A stretch of 64,000 bases of DNA from contig CAWGHO010000002.1 in the NCBI GenBank assembly GCA_963822445.1, positions 1,792,001 through 1,856,000 of the forward strand. Reading direction: 5' to 3'. This DNA is from an uncultured Acidobacteriota bacterium (lineage in GTDB: Bacteria; Acidobacteriota; Thermoanaerobaculia; Gp7-AA8). The notes beneath the pieces were generated by a model. The model was not told the DNA's origin and did not search any database. It saw only the letters and a program-made list of their open reading frames with translations. The position numbers and the translations under genes are program-made. This document shows, in pieces, positions 1 through 10,062 of the stretch (position 1 is the first letter of the stretch; every line of letters begins with the position of its first letter).

Positions 1-881
1 GTCTGCAGATCAGTCGCGCCGCTTTCTCTGGCCAGAGCGACGATGGCGCTGGAGTCGATTCCCGCGGAGAGAAACGCGCCGACCGGCACGTCCGCGACCA
101 TGTGGTAGCGCACGGATTCGAGCACGGCGTCATGAACCATCTCCGCCCGCTCGGCATCGCTCACACGCTGGCCGTGCTCGACGGCATCGCGCAGAGTCGC
201 GGCGATGGAGAAGTACTGCACGGGCTCATGAACGCCGCTCGCATCGATCCAGCAGTGCGAGCCCGCGGGCAGCGCGCGGATGGCGCGATACATCGTGAAC
301 GGCTCGGGCACCGTGCCCCGAAGAAAGAAGCCCGCCGCGGCCGCGGGATCGAACTGTTTGTCGACCTTTCCGCCGGCGATGAGCGCCTTGACCTGGGACG
401 CGACGCGCACGCTCTTGCCGTCGTCGGCGTAGTAGAGCGGCTTGATGCCGTACGGATCGCGCGCGAGGAGCATCCGCCGCGACGCGCCGTCCCACAAGGC
501 GATGCCGAACATCCCGCGGAGCAACCCGAACATGCGCTCGCCATGCTTGTCATAAAGCGCCAGGAGGACTTCGGTGTCGGACTGCGACGTGAAGCGCACG
601 CCGTCGCTCTCGAGCTGCGCGCGGAGCTCGCGGTAGTTGTAGATCTCGCCGTTGAAGACGATGACCCGCTCGCCGCGCCGCATGGGCTGCCGCCCGCCTT
701 CGGAGAGGTCGATGATCGCCAGGCGGCGATGTCCGAAGCCGACGCGTTCATCGCCACTCACCCAAACGTCGGCCGCGTCGGGCCCACGTGAGCGCATGCA
801 CTCGCGTGATGCGATCAGCTCGTCTTGGTCGACCGGCGGCGCGTCGCTGGCGTACGCGAAGATGCCGTTGATGCCGCACAT
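1..881 (-). CDS. asnB: Asparagine synthase (glutamine-hydrolysing), 3' end outside window
   Basis: Manual reverse-strand translation from ATG at 881: MCGINGIF..., RGPDA, GFGHRRLAIIDLSEGGRQPM, VFNGEIYNY, RDPYGIKPLYY (Ntn glutamine amidotransferase motifs). Not in the ORF track because it runs off the window. Confidence 0.93.
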   Translation of the reverse strand, partial: MCGINGIFAYASDAPPVDQDELIASRECMRSRGPDAADVWVSGDERVGFGHRRLAIIDLSEGGRQPMRRGERVIVFNGEIYNYRELRAQLESDGVRFTSQSDTEVLLALYDKHGERMFGLLRGMFGIALWDGASRRMLLARDPYGIKPLYYADDGKSVRVASQVKALIAGGKVDKQFDPAAAAGFFLRGTVPEPFTMYRAIRALPAGSHCWIDASGVHEPVQYFSIAATLRDAVEHGQRVSDAERAEMVHDAVLESVRYHMVADVPVGAFLSAGIDSSAIVALARESGATDLQ

Positions 882-888
882 GCGCTTG

Positions 889-1027
889 AGTCTATCCTTC
901 GCGCGGGTGGGGGATGGTGGGCGCGGAGGATCTCCGGTTACACCGGCAGGGTGCCGGCCACGGGCGGCGTAGGTGCACGGGGAGATCCTCCGCGCCCCCC
1001 GTCCACCACCCGCGCGAAGGATAGACT
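889..1027. repeat. Long imperfect inverted repeat (REP/MITE-like hairpin) filling a divergent intergenic region
   Basis: AGTCTATCCTTCGCGCGGGTGG (889) is the reverse complement of CCACCCGCGCGAAGGATAGACT (ends 1027); inner arms GGGCGCGGAGGATCT/AGATCCTCCGCGCCC also pair. Confidence 0.85.
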
Positions 1028-1037
1028 TGAAGAACTC

Positions 1038-3209
1038 ATGCGCAGCGTCATCGCACTCGCTCTCGCCGCCACAGTCTCAGCCCATGCCCCCATCCTCGGA
1101 TTCAAAGATCCGGGCAAGCAGCACGCGCTCGAAGCAAAGTTCGACGCACAGCTGAATCGCGACAACCTGCGCAACTGGATGAAGCGCCTCAGCGCGCGGC
1201 CGCATCACGTCGGCTCGCCGTACGGCAAGGAAAACGCGGAGTTCATGGCCTCGCTGTTCAAGTCGTGGGGTTACGAGACGACCATCGAGCGCTTCGACGT
1301 CCTCTTCCCCACGCCGAAAGTGCGCGTGGTCGAACTACTCGCGCCCGAAAAGTTCACGGCGAAGCTCGCTGAGCCGCCGCTGGCCGAAGACGCGACGTCC
1401 AATCAGGTCGACGAGATCCTTCCCGTTTACAACGCCTTCTCCATCGACGGCGACGTCACCGGCGAGCTCGTGTATGTCAACTACGGCATCCCCGCCGATT
1501 ACGAGATCCTCGAGCGCAACGGCATCGACGTCCGCGGCAAGATCGTCATCGCCCGGTACGGCGGCTCGTGGCGTGGCATCAAGCCGAAGGTCGCCGCGGA
1601 GAAGGGCGCGATCGGCTGCATCATCTACTCCGATCCCCTCGACGATGGTTACGCGGCCGGCGACGCCTATCCCAAAGGCGCGTTCCGCAGCGACTACTCC
1701 GCGCAGCGAGGCTCCGTCGCGGACATGCCGCTGTATCCCGGCGATCCGCTGACTCCCGGCGTCGGTGCGACCGACAAAGCGAAACGCCTCGATCGCGCGA
1801 ATGCGCCGACGCTGACGAAGATCCCGGTTCTGCCCATCTCTTACGCCGACGCGCTTCCGCTGCTGCGCAATCTCGCCGGTCCCGTCGCTCCGTCCAACTG
1901 GCGAGGCGCGCTACCCATCACCTATCACCTCGGCCCCGGCCCCGCGCGCGTCCACCTGAAGCTCGAATTCGACTGGAAGCTCGCGCCGGCCTACAACGTC
2001 ATCGCCCGCATGCGCGGCACCGATCTCGCCGATCAATGGATTCTCCGCGGCAATCATCACGACGCCTGGGTTCACGGCGCGCGCGATCCGATCAGCGGCA
2101 TGGTCTCGCTCCTCGAAGAAGCGCGGGCCATCGGTGAGCTGGCGAAGGGCGGGTGGCGTCCGCGCCGCACCCTCGTCTTCGCCGCCTGGGACGCCGAAGA
2201 GCAGGGCCTCCTCGGATCAACGGAATGGGTCGAAGAGCACCTCCCCGAGCTCAAAGAGCACGCGGTCATCTACATCAATTCCGATTCGAACGGCCGCGGC
2301 TTTCTCGATGCCGGCGGCTCGCACACGCTGGCGCGATTCGTCACGGAGGTTGCTCGGGATGTCGAGGATCCGCAGCGCGGTGTGTCCGTGCTCGAGCGTT
2401 TGCGCGCGCTGGAACTGACGCAGGCGAACAATGCCGAGGCGCGGCGCGAGATCCGCGATCGCTCGGTGATCAGGCTCGACGCGTTGGGATCAGGCTCCGA
2501 TTACACGCCATTCCTCCAGCACGCCGGCATCGCTTCGCTCAATATCGGCTACGGCGGCGAGGCCGAGTACGGCGTCTACCACTCGGCGTACGACTCGTTC
2601 GATCACTACACCCGGTTCGGCGATCCGAAGTTCGACTACGGAATCGCGCAGGCGAAGACCACCGGCCGGATGATGCTGCGCCTGGCCAACGCGGACTTTC
2701 TGCCGTTCGAAACGGGCGTGCTGGCGTCGACGGTCTCGCAGTACGCGAGCGAAGTCGCGAAGCTGGCGGACAACATGCGCGCGGAAACCGAGGATGAAGC
2801 GCGGATGGCTCGGGACAAGACTTTGGAGATCGCTGCCGATCCGACGAAGCCGTTCTTCGCGCCGAAACTCGATGAGGCCGTGCCGCATCTCGAGTTCGCG
2901 CCGCTGAACAACGCCGTCTCGCGATTGCAGAAAGCGGCGAAAGAGTTCGATGCCTCGAAGTCACGCGACGATCGCGCGGTGCTCAGGCTGGAGCGCGCTC
3001 TCACCCGCGACGCCGGTCTACCCGGCCGCCCCTGGTACAAACACCACATCTACGCGCCGGGCTTCTACACGGGCTACGGCGTGAAAACGCTGCCCGGAAT
3101 CCGCGAAGCGATCGAGCAGCGGAAGTGGCCCGAGGCGAACGAGCAGATCAGGATCGCCGCGAAGGTCATTGAGGGGTACGCGGCGGCGCTGGACTCGGCG
3201 CGGAAGTAG
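1038..3209 (+). CDS. Secreted M28 peptidase, glutamate carboxypeptidase II-like (PA + M28 + TfR dimerisation domains)
   Basis: Signal peptide; YVNYG, RYG, GNHHDAW, WDAEEQGLLGSTEW, GSGSDY, YHSAYD and PWYKHHIYAPG motifs. Confidence 0.92.
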   Translation: MRSVIALALAATVSAHAPILGFKDPGKQHALEAKFDAQLNRDNLRNWMKRLSARPHHVGSPYGKENAEFMASLFKSWGYETTIERFDVLFPTPKVRVVELLAPEKFTAKLAEPPLAEDATSNQVDEILPVYNAFSIDGDVTGELVYVNYGIPADYEILERNGIDVRGKIVIARYGGSWRGIKPKVAAEKGAIGCIIYSDPLDDGYAAGDAYPKGAFRSDYSAQRGSVADMPLYPGDPLTPGVGATDKAKRLDRANAPTLTKIPVLPISYADALPLLRNLAGPVAPSNWRGALPITYHLGPGPARVHLKLEFDWKLAPAYNVIARMRGTDLADQWILRGNHHDAWVHGARDPISGMVSLLEEARAIGELAKGGWRPRRTLVFAAWDAEEQGLLGSTEWVEEHLPELKEHAVIYINSDSNGRGFLDAGGSHTLARFVTEVARDVEDPQRGVSVLERLRALELTQANNAEARREIRDRSVIRLDALGSGSDYTPFLQHAGIASLNIGYGGEAEYGVYHSAYDSFDHYTRFGDPKFDYGIAQAKTTGRMMLRLANADFLPFETGVLASTVSQYASEVAKLADNMRAETEDEARMARDKTLEIAADPTKPFFAPKLDEAVPHLEFAPLNNAVSRLQKAAKEFDASKSRDDRAVLRLERALTRDAGLPGRPWYKHHIYAPGFYTGYGVKTLPGIREAIEQRKWPEANEQIRIAAKVIEGYAAALDSARK

Positions 3210-3558
3210 ACATCAACCCGTAAATGGCGCCGATCAGCGCCCCGCCGATCGCCCCGATCGGTCCGGTGAACAGGATTCCCAGCAGCGGGCCCTGGTTCGC
3301 GCCGGGCGTGAAGATGATGGGTCCAACGAAGCCGAGCACGAAGAGGACAAGGCCAAGGATCCCGCCCCACTTCAGGGCGAGGACGAGTACTCGACGGATT
3401 CTCGGCGACGTCGTGAATTCGTACAGCCACCAGATGATCGCGAGGAGCACGAACGGCGCATCGAACAAGAGGGCGATCTCGTCGAAAGCGCCGTTTCTGA
3501 TTTGAATGCCGATCAGGGCCGCGACCAGGATTGCGAAACAACCGGCGGCTACGAGCAC
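3166..3558 (-). CDS. Hypothetical membrane protein (about 4 TM)
   Basis: Hydrophobic segments, NQGPLLGILFTGPIG; starts just after the ftsB stop; 44-nt convergent overlap with the peptidase. Confidence 0.7.
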   Translation of the reverse strand: MLVAAGCFAILVAALIGIQIRNGAFDEIALLFDAPFVLLAIIWWLYEFTTSPRIRRVLVLALKWGGILGLVLFVLGFVGPIIFTPGANQGPLLGILFTGPIGAIGGALIGAIYGLMSTSAPSPAPPRTPQ

Positions 3559-3560
3559 CG

Positions 3561-3884
3561 CTACTTCTTCGGCAGCATGTAGACGGTTTCGCCCTTCTTG
3601 GACATGCCCAGGTCCTCACGGGCGATGCGCTCGATGGCGTACGAGGACTTTTTCACGCTCTCGATCTCCGCGCGAAGCCGTGTGTTCTCGGCCTCGAGGC
3701 GGGCGATGTCCTTGCGCAGGTCCGCGACGCGGTTGCGCGCGTGCTGCAGCTCGGGCAGGCCGCGATCGCTGAAGACGAAGGAGATGAAGAAGACGAGCGT
3801 GAGCACCGTCGAGAGCAGGCCGACGAACTTCAGCGTCACATTCGTGGCGCGGCGCGCGTCATGGGTCGAGACCGACGGAAGCAT
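3561..3884 (-). CDS. ftsB: Septum formation initiator (FtsB/DivIC family)
   Basis: One TM helix, coiled coil, IERIAREDLGMSKKGETVY motif. Confidence 0.85.
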   Translation of the reverse strand: MLPSVSTHDARRATNVTLKFVGLLSTVLTLVFFISFVFSDRGLPELQHARNRVADLRKDIARLEAENTRLRAEIESVKKSSYAIERIAREDLGMSKKGETVYMLPKK

Positions 3885-3916
3885 TGGCAAATTAGTGTAG
3901 CGAATATAATCCCGTC

Positions 3917-5353
3917 GTGAAGCGCGATTCCGCGGCCAACCCCCTCACCGAGCGGTACGCCTCGAAAGAGATGTCGTACCTCTTCTCCTCCAACTTCAAG
4001 TTCCGCACGTGGCGGAGGCTCTGGGTGGCGCTGGCCGAGGCGGAGAAGGAGCTGGGGCTGCCCATCACCGACGCCCAGATCGCCGAGCTCCGCGCGAACC
4101 TCGAGGAGATCAACTACGAGGACGCGGAGCGCCGCGAGCGCGAGGTGCGCCACGACGTGATGTCCCACATTCACGCCTTCGGCCTCCAGGCCCCCTCCGC
4201 GAAGGGCATCATCCACCTCGGCGCCACCTCGGCCTACGTCACCGACAACACCGACATCCTGCAGATGGCCGAGGGGCTGCGCATCATGCGCGGGCGCATC
4301 GTCAATCTGATGTCCAAGCTGCGCGACTTCGCCTGGCAATGGCGGGGAACACCGGCGCTCGCGTTCACCCACTTTCAGCCCGCGCAGCTCACAACCGTCG
4401 GCAAGCGAGCCACGCTCTGGCTGCACGAGCTGCTGCTCGATTACCGCGAAATCGAGTTCCGCCACTCCCAGCTCGCCCTCCTCGGCGTGAAAGGCGCGAC
4501 CGGGACGCAGGCCTCGTTTCTCAACCTTTTCGACGGCGATGAATCGAAGGTCAATCGCCTCGAGCAGCTCGTCGCGGAGAAAGTCGGGCTGAAACGGAGC
4601 TATCCCGTTTCCGGCCAGACCTACTCCCGCAAAGTCGATTCGCAGGTCGTCAACGCGCTCTCGGGCTTCGCCCAGTCGGCGTCGAAATTCGGGTACGACA
4701 TGCGGCTGCTGCAGCATCTTCGCGAGATCGAAGAGCCCTTCGAACAGGACCAGGTCGGCAGCTCGGCGATGGCGTACAAGCGCAACCCGATGCGCGCGGA
4801 GCGCATCGACGGTCTGGCCCGGCACCTGATCATCAACGCGCTCAATCCGGCGATGACCGCGGCCACGCAATGGTTCGAACGGACTCTCGACGATTCAGCA
4901 AATCGGCGGATCGCCATTCCGGAGGCGTTCCTCGCCGCGGATGCGATCGCGTTGCTGTACGACAACGTGGTCGGCGGACTGGTCGTGCACGAGGAAGTGA
5001 TCGCGGCCAACGTGCGGCGCGAGCTGCCGTTCATGATGACCGAGAATCTGATGATGGAAGGCGCGCGGCGCGGCGGCGATCGGCAGGTGCTCCACGAGCG
5101 CGTGCGCATCCATTCGCAGGCGGCCGCGGACGCGATGAAAGGCGGCGCGGCGACGAACGATCTCTTCGAGCGCATCGCCGCTGACCCGATTTTCGGCATC
5201 GATCGCGCGGCCATCGAAGAGCTGGCCCGTCCGGAGAATTACACCGGTCTGGCGAAGCAGCAGACCGAACGCTTCCTGATCGAAGACGTCGATCCGATTC
5301 TCGAGGCGGAGCGCGCCTTCATCAGTTCCGAAGTGGGCGAGGTGCGCGTTTGA
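3917..5353 (+). CDS. purB: Adenylosuccinate lyase
   Basis: RHDVMSH, IHLGATS, GSSAMAYKRNPMRAE signature, ERTLDDSANRR. Confidence 0.96.
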   Translation: MKRDSAANPLTERYASKEMSYLFSSNFKFRTWRRLWVALAEAEKELGLPITDAQIAELRANLEEINYEDAERREREVRHDVMSHIHAFGLQAPSAKGIIHLGATSAYVTDNTDILQMAEGLRIMRGRIVNLMSKLRDFAWQWRGTPALAFTHFQPAQLTTVGKRATLWLHELLLDYREIEFRHSQLALLGVKGATGTQASFLNLFDGDESKVNRLEQLVAEKVGLKRSYPVSGQTYSRKVDSQVVNALSGFAQSASKFGYDMRLLQHLREIEEPFEQDQVGSSAMAYKRNPMRAERIDGLARHLIINALNPAMTAATQWFERTLDDSANRRIAIPEAFLAADAIALLYDNVVGGLVVHEEVIAANVRRELPFMMTENLMMEGARRGGDRQVLHERVRIHSQAAADAMKGGAATNDLFERIAADPIFGIDRAAIEELARPENYTGLAKQQTERFLIEDVDPILEAERAFISSEVGEVRV

Positions 5354-6366
5354 AGGGGAGTGGCCGTCTCGGCCGCGTCTGCTGGGCGTCGCGCCCGGCA
5401 GTCTCGCTCGGGGCGGGACGCCCCGAGCACGCGGGCGGGACGCCCGCTCCCCGCATCATTGCCCTGGCGCTGATCGCGTTCGTGATGGCCTGCGCCAGCA
5501 CGGCGCCGCCTCCGCCGAAAGTCGCCGAGGTGATGGAGGGGGTGGCGAGCTGGTACGGCGAGGAGTTCGCCGGACGAACGACGGCGAACGGCGAGATCTT
5601 CGATCCGCTGCAGCTCACCGCGGCCCATCGCACGCTGCCGTTCGGAACGGTCGTCGACGTGACCAATCCCAAGACCAAGCAAAGCGTGCGCGTCCGCGTG
5701 AACGATCGCGGGCCGTACATCGGTGGACGAGTGATCGATCTCTCGTATGCCGCGGCGCAGCGAATCGGGTTGATCGAGCCGGGCATCGGCGAGGTGCAGA
5801 TTGCCGTGGTGAAAGTCGGCAGCGGCGATCGCGAACCGCCCGCACCGCTCGAAGTGACGATCGCCGAAGCGCCGAAGACCGCGCCCGTCGCAGGCGATCC
5901 GCCGCCGGTCGCGTTTCCCGTTCCCGCGGCTTCTGAATCGACGGTCGAGCAGATTCCGGTGGTCGTCGATCGCGTGGAGATCGTCGAGAACCGCGGCGGC
6001 GTCGACACGCGACGGCAGGTCTCGGCAGATGGAAAAACGATCGAGAACGTCCCCGTCGACGGAGGGCCGCCGGTTCCTTCGTCTCCCGGGCACAGTTCAG
6101 CCGAAGCGCTCGATCGCTCGCGCCGCATGGCGCCGCCACCCGTGCGCACGAAAGGTCAGTACGTGGTGCAGGTCGGCGCGTTCGCGGTGGAAGAAAACGC
6201 GAAGCTGCTGCAGGAGCGTCTGGTGAAAATCGGGCAACCCGCGTGGATCGATCGCGACGATCTCTTCCGCGTGCGCCTCGGTCCGTTCGCCACGAGGGAC
6301 CAGGCCGTGGCGGCCCGGTCCTCGCTCGAGGCGAACGGGATCAGTGCAATCGTCTTGGCCGAGTAG
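5350..6366 (+). CDS. rlpA: Septal ring lytic transglycosylase RlpA lipoprotein (DPBB + SPOR)
   Basis: GVASWYG, TAAHRTLPFG, VRVNDRGP, IDLSYAAA; lipobox VMAC; C-terminal VQVGAF SPOR domain. The N-terminus contains a translated palindromic repeat; the TTG start is inferred. Confidence 0.9.
   Translation: MKGSGRLGRVCWASRPAVSLGAGRPEHAGGTPAPRIIALALIAFVMACASTAPPPPKVAEVMEGVASWYGEEFAGRTTANGEIFDPLQLTAAHRTLPFGTVVDVTNPKTKQSVRVRVNDRGPYIGGRVIDLSYAAAQRIGLIEPGIGEVQIAVVKVGSGDREPPAPLEVTIAEAPKTAPVAGDPPPVAFPVPAASESTVEQIPVVVDRVEIVENRGGVDTRRQVSADGKTIENVPVDGGPPVPSSPGHSSAEALDRSRRMAPPPVRTKGQYVVQVGAFAVEENAKLLQERLVKIGQPAWIDRDDLFRVRLGPFATRDQAVAARSSLEANGISAIVLAE
5355..5452. repeat. REP-like palindromic element inside the rlpA 5' end
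   Basis: GGGGAGTGGCCGTCTCGGCCGCGT ... ACGCGGGCGGGACGCCCGCTCCCC; shares the GCGGGCGGGACGCCCGC core with the elements at 30522 and 39984. Confidence 0.8.
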
Positions 6367-6367
6367 C

Positions 6368-6784
6368 CTAAACGAGCTCCGATTCCGCGAAGAAGAAGCC
6401 GATCTCGATCTTCGCGTTCTCATCCGAGTCCGAGCCGTGAATGGCGTTCTGCTCGATCGACTCGCCGAACTCTTTGCGGATCGTGTTCGCGTCGGCTTTC
6501 GCGGGATCGGTGGCGCCCATGACCTGGCGCAGCGTGGCCACGGCGTTTTCGCGCTCGAGCGCGGCGACGTAAACCGGGCCGGAGGTCATGTACTCGACGA
6601 GGCTGCCGAAGAACGGTCGCTCGCGATGAACAGCGTAAAACGCTTCGGCCTCGCGGTGGCCGAGCGCGACTTTCTTGAGGCCGATGACGCGGAATCCCTC
6701 GGCTTCGAGACGGCTGATGATCTTGCCGAAGTTCCCTTTGCGGACGGAGTCCGGCTTGATGATGGTGAAGGTGCGATTGGACAT
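6368..6784 (-). CDS. ndk: Nucleoside diphosphate kinase
   Basis: [24 protein letters not shown]. Confidence 0.97.
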   Translation of the reverse strand: MSNRTFTIIKPDSVRKGNFGKIISRLEAEGFRVIGLKKVALGHREAEAFYAVHRERPFFGSLVEYMTSGPVYVAALERENAVATLRQVMGATDPAKADANTIRKEFGESIEQNAIHGSDSDENAKIEIGFFFAESELV

Positions 6785-6849
6785 CTGGTTTCCTTTGCGG
6801 GCGGTATTAGGGCGGCGGATTATAACGGCAGTACGCCGCTGCGCGGCTC

Positions 6850-6931
6850 GCAGTAGGCAGTAGGCAGTAGGCGGGAGAACGCCATGAAACGTCGTGGTTG
6901 GGCGGCGGTCCCCCGCCTACTGCCTACTGCC
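6850..6931. repeat. Inverted tandem heptamer hairpin (GCAGTAG)n / (CTACTGC)n
   Basis: About three GCAGTAG units face two CTACTGC units; contains the stop codon of the histidine kinase. Confidence 0.85.
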
Positions 6932-9046
6932 CACCGGGAGGCGCGCAGCGCCGAGGGCCGGGGGCTGCAGGGCCTCGTTGTAGTCCAGAGGCAGGAAAAG
7001 GCTGAACGTGGAGCCGAGGCCGGGCGTCGATTGGACCTCGATCTTGCCGCGGTGCAGCTCGACGAAATTGCGGGTGAGGGAGAGGCCGAGGCCGGTGCCG
7101 CCTTTGCGGGCGCGGCGGCCGTCTTCGGTCTGGTAGAACTCGACGAAGATCCGCTGCAGCTCGTCCTGAGGGATGCCGATGCCCTGGTCCTTCACGTCGA
7201 TCCGCACCGTTTCCACGCCGATCGGCGAATCCGCGGCCGGCACTCGCTTGCAGGTGATCGCCACCACGCCGCCGTGCGGCGAGAATTTCACGGCATTCGA
7301 AAGGAGGTTGAAGAGGATCTGCTTCAGCCGCCCTTCGTCGAGCCGGACCTGCGGCAGCGACGGGTCGACGCTCGACACGATCTTGATCCGCGCCTCGGCC
7401 GCAAAGCCCTTCATCACCCGCTCGACCGCGGCGAGGGTCTCGCGCAGGTCGAAGAGATCGGTGCGCAGCTCCATCTTCCCCGCTTCGATCTTGGAGAGGT
7501 CGAGGATGTCGTTGATCAGCTCCAGCAGGTGATTGCCGGCCGCGTGGATGTTCTCGAGGAAGCGATGCATCCGCTGTTGCATCACGCCGCGCGCTGACTC
7601 GATCAGCACGCTGGAGAAACCGATGATCGAGTTCAGCGGCGTGCGCAACTCGTGGGACATGTTCGCCAGGAACTGATTCTTCGACCGATCGGCGGCGAGG
7701 AGGCGCAGGTTGGTCTCGCGCAGCTCGTTCGTGCGCTCCATGACGCGCTGTTCCAGCGCGTAGGTCAATCCTTCGAGATCGCGATAGAGGTAGGCGTTCT
7801 CGATGGCCACCGCGGCCTGATTGGCGATCGCGGTCAGGAGGATCAGGTCGTCGGCGGTGAACGCGTTTTTGCGGTAGCTCTCGACGGAGATTACGCCGAT
7901 GACGCGATCGCGGGCGATCATCGGGACACCGAGCCACGACTCGGTCGGCTTGGTATCCGCGACCGACTGCAACCCGAATCGCCGCTCCTCGGCCAGGCTC
8001 GCGAGCAGCAGCGGCTGATGGCGGGTCACGACCCAGGAGTTGAGCCCTTCGCCGACGGCAATGCGCTCTTTCGGCAGGATCACGTCATTGCGCACGTCGA
8101 GCTCGAACGACAGTTCGTTCGCGGACTCGTCGAGCAGGGCGATGGAGAAGAGCGAGCAGTCGATGACGGCCTTGCATTCTTTGTAAATCGCCATGAGCAA
8201 CTCGTCGGTCGTGAAGCGGAGGGAGATCGTCTTACCGATCGAGGTGAGTGACGCGAGCCGCTGCACGACCTGCTCGCTGTTCGCGCGGGTCAGGGCGAGG
8301 CTGCGGGCGATGTAGTTGCCCATCGCGCCGGTGAACGCGAGCGCGAGGACGGCGCCCCAGCCGAGCGCGTGATACGAGAGCGCCGTCACGACGGCGTAGG
8401 GCAGCGTCAGCAGATAAATCGACGCATCGATGACATCGAGCCTGGCGATCTTCTGCAGCGAGTAGCCGTACGCGCGCGCCGGACGGAACATGATCAGCAG
8501 GTTCGTGCCGATCATCACCAGCCCGCAGAGCGCGATCAGCGCCGCCGATCGAACGGTCGATTCACTGACCGGCACCGTGCCGCCGAGCCAGCTGTAAAGA
8601 GTGCCGGCGAGAGCGACCGGGATGCCGTACGTTCCGAAGAGGCCGAACGTGCGGGCCAGCTCAGTGCGGCGATCGCGCGCGATGCCGGCCGTCGGCCCGA
8701 TTGATCGCATTCCCAGGATGCGCGTGACCATCGCTACGGTGACCGCGAGCCAGGAGGTAATCACCACGCCGAGAAGCGGCGCGAAGACGAAGTAGGCGGT
8801 CATGCTCAGCGAGACGAAGATCAGGTCGGTGAGCTCGAACTTCATCAGCGCCAGGATCATGGCGAAGACGATGAAGATGGCGATGAGGATCGGCGCGTCG
8901 GTGCCGAGAGTGCGGAGGATCCGGACCGTTTCGTCGCGGCGGAGCCAGGTCAGCCAGAGAACGACGCCGAGTCCGGCCACACCTTGGACCAGAAACACCG
9001 TGATCACGCGCCGCCGCGCGTCCGAAACGGGGTCGCCAGTCGCCAT
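6917..9046 (-). CDS. Membrane sensor histidine kinase (multi-TM + GAF + HisKA + HATPase)
   Basis: FLANMSHELRTPLNSI H-box, NLLSNAVKF, DQGIGI, GTGLGL; GAF domain (SWLGVPMI...IGVISV). Confidence 0.95.
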   Translation of the reverse strand: MATGDPVSDARRRVITVFLVQGVAGLGVVLWLTWLRRDETVRILRTLGTDAPILIAIFIVFAMILALMKFELTDLIFVSLSMTAYFVFAPLLGVVITSWLAVTVAMVTRILGMRSIGPTAGIARDRRTELARTFGLFGTYGIPVALAGTLYSWLGGTVPVSESTVRSAALIALCGLVMIGTNLLIMFRPARAYGYSLQKIARLDVIDASIYLLTLPYAVVTALSYHALGWGAVLALAFTGAMGNYIARSLALTRANSEQVVQRLASLTSIGKTISLRFTTDELLMAIYKECKAVIDCSLFSIALLDESANELSFELDVRNDVILPKERIAVGEGLNSWVVTRHQPLLLASLAEERRFGLQSVADTKPTESWLGVPMIARDRVIGVISVESYRKNAFTADDLILLTAIANQAAVAIENAYLYRDLEGLTYALEQRVMERTNELRETNLRLLAADRSKNQFLANMSHELRTPLNSIIGFSSVLIESARGVMQQRMHRFLENIHAAGNHLLELINDILDLSKIEAGKMELRTDLFDLRETLAAVERVMKGFAAEARIKIVSSVDPSLPQVRLDEGRLKQILFNLLSNAVKFSPHGGVVAITCKRVPAADSPIGVETVRIDVKDQGIGIPQDELQRIFVEFYQTEDGRRARKGGTGLGLSLTRNFVELHRGKIEVQSTPGLGSTFSLFLPLDYNEALQPPALGAARLPVGSRQ

Positions 9047-9075
9047 GGGAGTGAACGGATGGTACCGCTAACGGC

Positions 9076-10062
9076 TCAGATGCGGGTGATGACCAGACCG
9101 TCACGGCGCTCGTACTTCGCGTCCGCGGGGATGGCGGAATCGTCGAGGCTGATCAGCGCGCCGTTCAGCTCGAGCGGGCCTTTGACGGTGACGCCGTGCG
9201 CGACGATGCACCGTTCCAGCCGCACCTTCTCGCCGATGTTGCAGTCCTCCCAGACCGCGCAATCGCGAAGTTGGCCATCGACGACGCTGCGCGCGCCGAC
9301 GGTCGAGCGCTCCACCGTTCCGTGAATGCGCGAGTCCTGGGCGATAGCCGCCGGTTTGGCGACGTCGGCCGCGAGCAGGCCGAGCATGGCCGAGAGGTAG
9401 CGCTGCGGCGTGCCGATGTCGAACCACAAGCCGTCGTCGACGATCCCGCCGAGCGTTTCCGTTCCGGCATCGAGCAGCGGCTGGTAGACCTCGTCGACGA
9501 TTCCCGAGAATTCCTTGTCGGGCAGGTAACGAAAAATGCGCGAGCTGATGACGTGCGAGCCGGAGAACATCAGCGCCTCGCCGCCACCCTTGCCGAAGCC
9601 GGTCACCAGTCCGTTGTCGAGGAACACGGGCGTGAAGCGGTCGTGCGCCGGTGGGTGGCGGAGGGTAATTGCAGCGAGGGAATCACGCTTGCGGCGCGCC
9701 TCGACGAGCTCGTTCCACCGCGGAAACTGCACGGTGTCGCCGTTCACCAGAAAGAACTCGGGCTCATTCTCGAGCTGCGGCCGCACGCGTCGCACACCGC
9801 CGCCCGTGCCGAGGATCTCTTGTTCGAAGGAGAAGTGGAATGTTGCCCGCCCTTCATAGCAAGCGATCAGATACCGCTCAAGCGCCTCGGGCAGATGATG
9901 CAGATTGACGATGATCTCGTTCGTCCCCGCGGCGAGCAGCGAGTCAACGGCCCAGGCGATGAGCGGCTTGTTGAGCAGCGGCACCATCGGCTTGGGCAAG
10001 GTGTAGGTGACGGGCCGGAATCGGGTGCCGAATCCGGCGGCGAGGATCATGGATTTGGTCAT
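9076..10062 (-). CDS. NDP-sugar pyrophosphorylase (mannose-1-phosphate guanylyltransferase-like)
   Basis: MILAAGFGTRFRPVTYTLPKPM, LGTGGG, VNGD, WFDIGTP; C-terminal beta-helix-like region. Confidence 0.9.
   Translation of the reverse strand: MTKSMILAAGFGTRFRPVTYTLPKPMVPLLNKPLIAWAVDSLLAAGTNEIIVNLHHLPEALERYLIACYEGRATFHFSFEQEILGTGGGVRRVRPQLENEPEFFLVNGDTVQFPRWNELVEARRKRDSLAAITLRHPPAHDRFTPVFLDNGLVTGFGKGGGEALMFSGSHVISSRIFRYLPDKEFSGIVDEVYQPLLDAGTETLGGIVDDGLWFDIGTPQRYLSAMLGLLAADVAKPAAIAQDSRIHGTVERSTVGARSVVDGQLRDCAVWEDCNIGEKVRLERCIVAHGVTVKGPLELNGALISLDDSAIPADAKYERRDGLVITRI

Noticed and set aside
1-881. asnB-like gene as a lasso peptide cyclase
   Set aside because: It has an intact Cys2 glutaminase domain, and no precursor or B protein is visible; downstream context is outside the window.
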